64,000 bases of DNA from Pristiophorus japonicus (Eukaryota). Positions within the stretch are counted from its first letter, which is position 1, and each line of letters starts with the position of its first letter. This document shows positions 39,591-48,974 of this stretch, one piece after another. The notes under the pieces are model-generated. The model worked only from the letters and a program-made list of their open reading frames with translations, was not told where the DNA came from and made no database searches. Location: assembly GCF_044704955.1 (NCBI RefSeq), contig NC_091979.1, positions 330,646,001 to 330,710,000 on the forward strand, given 5' to 3'. Made by a program: the position numbers and the translations under genes.

Positions 39591-39890
39591 CAACACCATC
39601 TCCTCCCAAACTCTACGCCCTGCTCTCCTCCTGTGAACAGCCCAACACTGGCGGCCCCGTCACCTACGGCTGCTTGGCGATGGACTATTCCCCGGAAATC
39701 ACCAGCCTTTCCTGGAGGAAAGAAAAAGAGCCGATCGACACTGGATTGAAGATCTACCCGTCAGTGCTCAACAAGAAGGGAGCCTACACCCTGAGCAGCC
39801 AGTTAACCATCACCGAGTCAGCGGTGGGGAGCAGCGCAATATATTGCGAGGTTCGACGAGGTGGGTCGGTCTGGGACGTAAAAATGCCAG
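39591..39890 (+). CDS. IGHM: Cmu1 exon ([17 protein letters not shown]...[16 protein letters not shown])
   Basis: AG/GT phase-1 boundaries, C1-set Cys/Trp/Cys, shark-mu signature GCLAMDYSP...YPSVLNKKG, light-chain Cys retained. Confidence 0.96.
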
Positions 39891-39959
39891 GTGAGTGTTG
39901 TGGGATACAGGGAGGTAAACTGTGAAAAGCAGAGAAGTTCTATACAAGCTTGGTTAGAC

Positions 39960-41015
39960 CAGACTGAGAGTCATGTGCACAGTTCTGTTCTCCATCTCAC
40001 ACTGAGAGTCATGTGCACAGTTCTGTTCTCCATCTCACACTGAGAGTCATGTGCACAGTTCTGTTCTCCATCTCACACTTAGAGTCATGTGCACAGTTCT
40101 GTTCTCCATCTCACACTGAGAGTCATGTGCACAGTTCTGTTCTCCATCTCACACTTAGAGTCATGTGCACAGTTCTGTTCTCCATATCACACTTAGAGTC
40201 ATGTGAACAGCTCTGGTCTCCATCTCACACTTAGAGTCATGTGCACAGTTCTGTTCTCCATCTCACACTTAGAGTCATGTGCACAGTTCTGTTCTCCATC
40301 TCACACTGAGAGTCATGTGCACAGTTCTGGTCTCCATCTCACACTTAGATTCATGTGCACAGTTCTGGTCTCCATCTCACACTTAGAGTCATGTGCACAG
40401 TTCTGTTCTCCATCTCACACTTAGAGTCATGTGCACAGTTCTGGTCTCCATCTCACACTTAGAGTCATGTGCACAGTTCTGTTCTCCATCTCACACTTAG
40501 AGTCATGTGCACAGTTCTGTTCTCCATCTCACACTTAGAGTCATGTGCACAGTTCTGGTCTCCATCTCACACTGAGAGTCATGTGCACAGTTCTGTTCTC
40601 CATCTCACACTTAGAGTCATGTGCACAGTTCTGTTCTCCATCTCACACTGAGAGTCATGTGCACAGTTCTGGTCTCCATCTCACACTTAGATAACGTGCA
40701 CAGCTCTGGTCTTCATATCACACTAAGAGTGCTGTGTACAGGTCTGGTTTCCACATCATATTTAGAGTACTGTACACAGTTAAGTTCTCCATAACATATT
40801 AAGAGTGCTGCGTACAGGTCTGGTCTCCATAACACACCTCACTGTGCACAGTTCCGGTCTCCAAATCACAATTCGAGCACTGTGCATAGTGCTGGTTTCC
40901 ATATCACACTTAGAGTACTATGCACAGTTCTGATCTCCATATCACATATAGAGTACTGTATACTGCTCTAAGCTCCAGATCATATCAACTGTAATGTGCA
41001 TAGTGCTGGTTTCTA
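39960..41015 (+). repeat. 38-bp minisatellite (AGAGTCATGTGCACAGTTCTGTTCTCCATCTCACACTT) within a CR1 fragment (~39925-41495)
   Basis: About 19 homogeneous units plus degenerate units. The flanks are contiguous CR1 ORF2 3' sequence. Confidence 0.93.
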
Positions 41016-41571
41016 TGTTATAAGAATGATACAGAGGAACAAGGACGACACCAGAACTGAAAGATTGTAACTATCAAGAATTGTTGACCCGGGTGGGCCA
41101 ATTTTCTCTGGAAAAGGGAAGTCTGAGGGGTGATTAAATAGAGGTCGTTAAAATTTTGAAGGGATTTGAAAGGTTAGTCGTGGATAAAATATTTCTGCTT
41201 GAGCAGGAGGCCGATATTGGGGCCATAAATATAAGATATGCACGAATAAATCCAATAGTGAATTCAGGAGAAAGTTCTGCACCCAGGGAATTGGTAGAAT
41301 ATGGAACTCCCTTCCGCAAGGAATACGAGGCGAATAGCATATATGCATTTCAGGGGAATCTAGATAAGCCCACGAGGGAGAAAGGGATATAAGGTTATGT
41401 TGATAGGGGGTAGGCAGTAGGGAGAGAGGAGGTGCATGTGGAACATAAACATAGGTCTGTTGGGCCGAATGGCCTGTTGCGGTGTTGTAGATTAAATGTT
41501 AAAAACCGCTTTGCAGTTCTTAATTGTTTGGATTGTCACAAATAATCCCAATAAAATGTATTTTCTTGCAG

Positions 41572-41883
41572 ATCGTGTGGTACATCATCCAACTGTTATC
41601 CTTACCCTGAGTTCCAGGGAAGAAATCACCAGCAGCAGATCTGTAACTGCCGTGTGTTCAATCATCGATTTCCGGCCAAAGTCACTGACCGTGAATTGGC
41701 TGAAGAATGGACAACTTGTGCATTCGGACTTCGTCACCTCTCCCGTCTATGAGGTGAACGGGAACTTCTCGGCGACCAGTCGGCTGACATTCCCCGCCGG
41801 GGAATGGTTCGCCCACTCGGTCTATACCTGCCAGGTCTCTCATCAAGAATTCATCCAAAGCCGAAACATCACCAGATCTCCGG
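41572..41883 (+). CDS. IGHM: Cmu2 exon ([12 protein letters not shown]...[20 protein letters not shown])
   Basis: AG/GT phase-1 boundaries, CSIIDFRP...WLKNG...YTCQVSH. Confidence 0.96.
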
Positions 41884-42184
41884 GTAAGAGACACAGCCCC
41901 GTGAAGTTCCGGCTCATTCTGAGCGCTGATCTCAGTCAGGGCTTTTATCGGAATGAGTAAAAAGCACAGAACTATTTCTCATTTCCAATCACACAGTTTG
42001 TTTTTCCTTTCGGTGTAAGTCCTGACTGAGGATTCCTCAGGGTTCATGACTCCATCACTTTGCCAAAGGTTGCCCTGTGCTTGCCCTTAGGTTCAGCTTT
42101 ATCCTGAGTTGCCTGAGCATATTCAGAGCGACAGTCGGTGTCTCCAACCCTTTACTCTGTCAGGGCCACTGCTAGAAATGGCTA

Positions 42185-43462
42185 GAAAGGGTGTAGATGA
42201 ACAAAGGGACCTGGGAGTGCATGTCCACAGATCCCTAAAGGTAGCACGCCAGCTAGATAAGTGGGTTCAGAAGGCAGACGGAATACTTGCCTTTATTAGT
42301 CGAGGCATGGAATACAATAGCAAGGAGCTTATGCTTGAACTGTATAAAACACTGGTTAGGCCTCAGCTGGAGTACCACGTGTATTTCTGATCACCACGTT
42401 ACAGGAAAGATGGAATTGCATTGGAATGGGTGCAGGGGAGATTTACGGGGATGTTGCCTGGACTGGAGAATTTTGGCTATGAGGAAAGATTGGATAGTCT
42501 GGGTCTATTTTCTTTCGAACAGAGGAGGCTGAGGGGAGACCTGATTGAGGTGTATAAGATTATGAGGGGTCTGGATAGAGTGGAGAGGAAGGACCTGTTT
42601 CCCTTGGCAGGGTGGTCAACAACCAGGGGACACAGATTTAAAGTCATTGGGCAAGGTTTAGAGGAGATATGAGGGGGAAATGTCTTTATCCAGAAGGTGG
42701 TGGGGGTCTGGAACTCACTGCCTGAAAGGGTGGTAGAGGCAGAACCCCTCACCACATTAAAAAATACTTGGATATGTAATTAACCTACAGGGCTACAGAC
42801 CAAGAGCTGGAAAGTGCGATTCGGCTGGGTTGCTCTTGGTCGGGCGGCGCGGACAGGATGGGCCAAAATGGCCTCTTTACATGCTGTTAGTTTCTCTGAT
42901 TTTATGATCTGCCTATTTAGAATACACAGTCCAGTTCTGAGCACCACATCGCAGGATGGATAAACTGGCTTTAGAGTGGGTGCAACACAAATTGACCCGA
43001 ATCATACCGGGCTAAAATGTTTACATTATGAGGACAGGTTGCACAGAATAGGTTTGTATTCCTTTGAGTGTAGAATGTGAAGAGATGATCTAATTGAGGT
43101 GTTTAAGTTGATAAGTGGAACTGATGTGGTAGATAGAGAGAAAATATTTCCTCTGGTGCAGGAGTTCAGAACAAGGGACAGAACCTTAAAAGTAGAGGTG
43201 AACCGTTCAGAGGTGATGTCAGGAAGGATTATTTCACACAAAGAGTAGTGTACATCTGGAACTCTCTCCCTCCAAAAGCTGTTGAGGCTAGAGGTCAAGT
43301 GAAAATATACAAACTGAGATTGATAGAACTTTGTTAGGCCAGGGTGTAAAGGGTTACAGAACCAAGGCGGTAGATGGTGTTGAGGTGTATATCAGCCATG
43401 ATCTAACTGAATGGCGGAACAGGCTCGATGGGCTGAATGGCCTCCTCTTGTTCCTATGTTGC
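42185..43462 (+). mobile_element. Two adjacent CR1 3' fragments
   Basis: DLGVHVHRSLK, LYKTLVRPQLEY and RLRGDLIEVYKI motifs. A second fragment starts at ~42920 and ends in GTTCCTATGT. Confidence 0.85.
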
Positions 43463-44155
43463 TATTACTGCCCTGCGATTATATTTCCTCCTGACTCTCT
43501 CACCAGACATGAGAAAAGCTCACTAATGACAGAATTTTTTTTAAAAACTACTTCACACCGGTGTAGCAAATTATTTCCCACCACAAAAGACCCCTGAAAT
43601 TCCATTCTCCCGATCTTTCACTTCTACTCTGCCGGGGCCTGTGACTGGTTCCTGCACATTTTCATCGCCCCAAAATCACAAGACACCAGAAAATTAACTT
43701 TGTTTCCAGTTGCACCTAAAATCCTGGATTTGATTTGACATTCATTTTGAACCAGTGTAATTTCCATGTAGAGCTCTTGACCCTGGGGGTGTTCCCATTA
43801 TACTGAGTGGAAATGCGTTCGGGCAGAAGGATCGATAGGTTGGCGTAAAGGAGCAAGGATTTTCGGGACGAGCGCTATTCAGTGCGTAACACAATTGCAC
43901 CCAACTTAATTCAATGTCTTATGCCGGGTATTTACTTCACAGCCGATCACTGGTGGCTCTGGGTGCAAATACACAGGAAATGTTAGAGTCTCCCGGACCG
44001 GTGCCAATTCTCTGTCCTTCCAATAACGATGGTGTTTAAGCAACAGCGAGAGGTTAATATCTCAAAGGTGATTTATTCACCTTGAGGGAATTAAAGCAGA
44101 ATTAATCCTGATTCTGAAGCTGAAGCTTTGCTTGACTTTCATTTCTGCTTCACAG

Positions 44156-44464
44156 ATGATTCCTCGTGCAACGATCCAAAAATCACTCTTCCGCAGCCGT
44201 CCCTAGAACAGGTCTTACTGGAGGCGACAGTGACCTTAACCTGCATCGTGTCTAATGCTCCTTATGGAGTCACCGTGACCTGGATACACGAAAAGAAGAA
44301 TTTGCAATCAGGGATTGCCAGCCAACCGGGAGAGGCTCCCGACAGTGTGATCAGCAAGTTAGACATCTCGACACAAGACTGGCTGAGTGGGGATGTGTTT
44401 GACTGCCTGGTGAGCCATCGGGATATGCCGACTCCTATCAGAGGTTCCATCCGCAAGGAAACGG
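44156..44464 (+). CDS. IGHM: Cmu3 exon ([30 protein letters not shown]...RKET)
   Basis: AG/GT phase-1 boundaries, C1-set motifs, N-terminal inter-chain Cys. Confidence 0.96.
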
Positions 44465-44982
44465 GTGAGCAGCGTGATTGTTGTAACAAGTGAGAGGCTG
44501 TAACTATTCCCGGTGCTTGTGCATGGGCCAATTCGTTCTCATAAGTGTTTTAGTAGATTACTCTGATAATTCAAATGCTAATCCCACGAATTAAACACTG
44601 TGGGACATGAGATGATGTATTTAAGGGGAAGCTAGATAAGTGCAGGAGGGAGAAAGAAATAGAAGGCTATTTTATGTGGTTTAGATGAAGTAAGGTGGGA
44701 GGACGCTGGTCTGGAGCATAAAAGATGGTCTAGATCAGTTGGCCGAATGGCCTGTTTCTTAGCCGTGATTTCTATGTAATTTCCCAGTACAACTCTTCAA
44801 GCTCCCAGAGAGAAGGATTAGATCCCACTCTGTTCTGGGCTGAAAAACTGGACAGACCAGGGAGGCGAAAAGGGGAATCCTTTAAAATTCAGCGCAAAGC
44901 ACATTTCTCTCACATTTAACCGCCGGTTTCATTGTCTCTGGACGTCACCAGTTTATTGACCTTTATTGTAATTGTTCTGCAG

Positions 44983-45371
44983 CTAAAGATCCGCGGGAAC
45001 CGGCCGTGTCTGTCCTCCTGCCCTCGGCAGAAGAAGTCTCCGCTCAGAGGTTGGTCACCCTCACCTGCTTAGTGAGAGCTTTCTCCCCCCGAGAGATCTT
45101 CGTCAAGTGGACCGCCAATGGCAAGCCGGTGAATTCGGGCAACTACAAGAACACCGAGGTGATGGCGGAGAACAGCAGCTCTTTCTTCACGTACAGCCTG
45201 TTATCCATTGCAGCCGAGGAGTGGGCCAGCGGTGCTTCTTACTCCTGTGTGGTGGGACATGAAGCCATTCCCTTAAAGATCACCAACAGAACGGTCAATA
45301 AATCCAGCGGTAAACCCAGTTTTGTGAACATTTCTCTTGTTCTGATGGACACCGTCAATTCTTGTCAATGA
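44983..45371 (+). CDS. IGHM: Cmu4 plus secretory tailpiece (...[24 protein letters not shown])
   Basis: Acceptor at 44981-82, internal donor G|GTAAA at 45309/45310 for the membrane form, NIS sequon and penultimate Cys. Confidence 0.97.
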
Positions 45372-45399
45372 GAATTTCTCCATTGCATTTCAGTTCTTA

Positions 45400-45415
45400 A
45401 ATAAAAACCAATAAA
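45400..45415 (+). terminator. Secretory polyadenylation signals (two AATAAA)
   Basis: AATAAA at 45400 and 45410, ~30 bp after the stop codon. Confidence 0.85.
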
Positions 45416-45804
45416 GGCCTTTTCTTCCAATCGTGAATTACACACACAGCCGCTCAAGTAATTTTGTTTCCCATTTTTGCCAAGGAGCGGGCTGTTAATC
45501 TGAAGCAGAATATTTGTCGGACTTGGGCCCAAAGCTTGTACAGCCAGTGCTCCCAGCTCAGATACACCACAGGTTGGAGGCAGAGTGAGGCTCTTTCATG
45601 ACAGGGTTCCTCAAAGTAATTTCAGCAACTTCCGTCCCACTGGGAGAACCTGCAAAGTTCCATTTTCCGACAAACAAATGCAGGACATTTAGATCTCGGT
45701 GTCCTTGTTTCCCGTGTTGCTCATCCCTTCAGATTTGGGGCCAGTTTTATTTGGCAGCGTCGCACCCTCTGGGATCTGAAATGAGGGTCACACACGAACA
45801 CGAA

Positions 45805-46515
45805 CTGTACCTCACCAGAGAGAGGGGAAAGATCAATTGTTAACCCCCTGTACTCCCCACTCTCCCACCAGAGAGAGGGGAAAGGTCAATTGTTAACCCC
45901 CTGTACTCCCCACTCTCCCACCAGAGAGAGGGGAAAGGTCAATTGTTAACCCCCTGTACTCCCCACTCTCCCACCAGAGAGAGGGGAAAGGTCAATTGTT
46001 AACCCTCTGTACTCCCCACTCTCCCACCAGAGAGAGGGGAAAGGTCAATTGTTAACCCCCTGTATTCCCCACTCTCCCACCAGAGAGAGGGGAAAGGTCA
46101 ATTGTTAACTCTCTGTACTCCCCACTGCCCCACCAGAGAGAGGGAAAAGGTCAATTGTTAACCCCCTGTACTCCCCACTCTCCCACCAGAGAGGGGGGAA
46201 AGGTCAATTGTTAGCCCCCTGTACTCCCCACTGCCCCACCAGGGAAAGGGGAAAGGTCAATTGTTAACCCCCTGTACTCCCCACTCTCCCACCAGAGAGA
46301 GGGGAAAGGTCAATTGTTAACCCCCTGTACTCCCCACTGCCCCACCAGAGAGAGGGGAAAGGTCAATTGTTAACCCCCTGTACCTCCCACTCTCCCACCA
46401 GAGAGATGGGAACAGTCAATTGCTTACTTACTCTCCCTCCCACTGCCACAGCACAGTGAGGGCAAAGGCTAATTGTTTACCCACTGTACCTCCCACTGCC
46501 CCACCAGAGAGAGAG
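45805..46515 (+). repeat. 53-bp minisatellite (TAACCCCCTGTACTCCCCACTCTCCCACCAGAGAGAGGGGAAAGGTCAATTGT)
   Basis: About 11 good copies plus degenerate ones. Confidence 0.93.
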
Positions 46516-46604
46516 AGGCCCATGGTTGAATTGTTGCATTCCGTCGGCTGACTTCACATGGCGTCTCACACTGAACACAGAGCGGGGAAGAATGCGTGTA
46601 AAAG

Positions 46605-47184
46605 TTCACACTTACACATAAACACACAGAGACTTACACATAAACACACACATTGACACACTGACACAGGATATTACACATACCCAGAATATAATACACA
46701 CCTTCATTGTCAGAACCAGTTATTAGTACTCTCTGAAAGTTTGAACGACAGCAAAAATATACACATACACCCTTACACAAAACATACACAAACACACGCA
46801 TTATCACACACACACACACTTAGTTGCATAAACACACAAATCAACACAAACCCACTAACGCATAACACACACACACATTTACATGCGAACACACACAGTT
46901 ACACATAAACACACACATGTTTACCCCTAAACATACACAACACTTACACATAACCATACACACATGCATTAAAACACACGCATGAACGTACTTACACAAA
47001 ACACACACATTTAAACATAAATACACAAAATTACATATAAACACACAAAGACTTACACGTAAACATACACAAACTTACAAAAACACACACACACATAAAT
47101 ATAGATACATAGAATCACACATTAACACACATAACCCCACATATCAACATTCCATTAATACATCAACACACAAACACAGACAAA
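46605..47184. repeat. CA-rich low-complexity tract
   Basis: Degenerate (CA)n. Confidence 0.85.
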
Positions 47185-47270
47185 ACTGTACCTCCGAGCT
47201 CCCGCCTCCTCCTAAAGTTGAAGCCAGAGAGATGGGAACACACAAAGACTTACACGTAAACATACACAAA

Positions 47271-47781
47271 CCGGGGTCGGTGAGAGGCCTATAAAGGCCA
47301 GCGGGAGCTCGGAGCAGTCAGTCGAGGAGGCGGGAGCTCGGAGCAGCGCGAGTCCGGGGTCGGTGAGAGGCCTATAAAGGCCAGCGGGAGCTCGGAGCAG
47401 TCAGTCGAGGAGGCGGGAGCTCGGAGCAGCGCGAGTCCGGGGTCGGCGAGAGGCCTATAAAGGCCAGCGGGAGCTCGGAGCAGTCAGTCGAGGAGGCGGG
47501 AGCTCGGAGCAGCGCGAGTCCGGGGTCGGCGAGAGGCCTATAAAGGCCAGCGGGAGCTCGGAGCAGTCAGTCGAGGAGGCGGGAGCTCGGAGCAGCGCGA
47601 GTCCGGGGTCGGCGAGAGGCCTATAAAGGCCAGCGGGAGTCGGGCAGTCAGTCGAGGAGGCGGGAGCTCGGAGCAGCGCGAGTCCGGGGTCGGCGAGAGG
47701 CCTATAAAGGCCAGCGGGAGTCGGGCAGTCAGTCGAGGAGGCGGGAGCTCGGAGCAGCGCGAGTCCGGGGTCGGCGAGAGG
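47271..47781 (+). repeat. CR1 5' UTR monomers, 81-83 bp, ~6 copies, each with CTATAAA
   Basis: Units start at 47271, 47354, 47437, 47520, 47603, 47684 and 47765. Confidence 0.92.
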
Positions 47782-47949
47782 CGTACCGGTGCAGCTACAG
47801 GGAGAAGGCAAAAAAACAAAGGTGACGTCACAGCCTAGGGGGTAAGTGATTGGCTGGTGATTGGTGAGTAGTTTTTCTTTTTCTTCTTATATTGGTCAGT
47901 AACTTTTAACATTGTTATTACCAGTTTAAGTGTATCTAAGGGTTAAGAC

Positions 47950-48897
47950 ATGGCAGGAGAGCTCGGTCGGGTGTTATGCTCCTCCTGTACCATGTGGGAA
48001 CTCGGGGACACTTCCGGTGTCCCTGACGACTACGTGTGCGGGAAGTGTATCCGCCTCCAGCTCCTGACGGTCCGCGTTACGGAATTGGAGCTGAAGGTGG
48101 ATTCACTCTGGAGCATCCACGATGCTGAGAATGACGTGAGTATCACGTGTAGTGAGTTGGTCTTACCACAGGGAAAGGGTCCACAGCCAGATAGGGAATG
48201 GAAGACCAACAGGAAGAGTAGAGCAAGGAAGGTAGTGCAGGGGTCCCCTGCGGTCATCCCCCTGCAAAACAGATACACCGCTTTGGGTACTGTTGAGGGG
48301 AATGACTCATCAGGGGAGGGCAGCAGCAGCCAAGTTCATGGCACCGTGGCTGGCTCTGCTGCACAGGAGGGCAAGAAAAAGAGTGGGAGAGCGATAGTGA
48401 TAGGGGATTCAATTGTGAGGGGAATAGATAGGCGTTTCTGCGGCCGCAACCGAGACTCCAGGATGGTATGTTGCCTCCCTGGTGCAAGGGTCAAGGATGT
48501 CTCGGAGCGGGTGCAGGACATTCTGAAATGGGAGGGAGAACAGCCAGTTGTCGTGGTGCACATTGGTACCAACGACATAGGCAAAAAAAGGGATGAGGTC
48601 CTACGAAACGAATTTAAGGAGCTAGGAGCTAAATTAAAAAGTAGGACCTCAAAAGTAGTAATCTCGGGATTGCTACCAGTGCCACGTGATAGTCAGAGTA
48701 GGAATCGCAGGATAGCGCAGATGAATACGTGGCTTGAGCAGTGGTGCAGCAGGGAGGGATTCAAATTCCTGGGGCATTGGGACCGGTTCTGGGGGAGGTG
48801 GGACCAGTACAAACCGGACGGTCTGCACCTGGGCAGGACTGGAACCAATGTCCTCGGGGGAGTGTTTGCTAGTGCTGTTGGGGAGGATTTAAACTAA
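47950..48897 (+). CDS. CR1 ORF1 (zinc finger, coiled coil, SGNH/GDSL esterase-like domain)
   Basis: CxxC...CxxC, IGDSIVR, HIGTND, DGLHL motifs. Confidence 0.93.
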   Translation: MAGELGRVLCSSCTMWELGDTSGVPDDYVCGKCIRLQLLTVRVTELELKVDSLWSIHDAENDVSITCSELVLPQGKGPQPDREWKTNRKSRARKVVQGSPAVIPLQNRYTALGTVEGNDSSGEGSSSQVHGTVAGSAAQEGKKKSGRAIVIGDSIVRGIDRRFCGRNRDSRMVCCLPGARVKDVSERVQDILKWEGEQPVVVVHIGTNDIGKKRDEVLRNEFKELGAKLKSRTSKVVISGLLPVPRDSQSRNRRIAQMNTWLEQWCSREGFKFLGHWDRFWGRWDQYKPDGLHLGRTGTNVLGGVFASAVGEDLN

Positions 48898-48974
48898 TAT
48901 GGCAGGGGGATGGGAACCAATGCAGGGAGACAGAGGGAAACAAAAAGGAGCCAAAAGCAAAAGACAGAAAGGAG

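Noticed and set aside
31644-45371. ORF-track starts and ends for the Ig exons (e.g. 31644, 39674, 41496, 44128, 45006)
   Set aside because: They run into introns or start mid-exon. True boundaries were set from splice sites.
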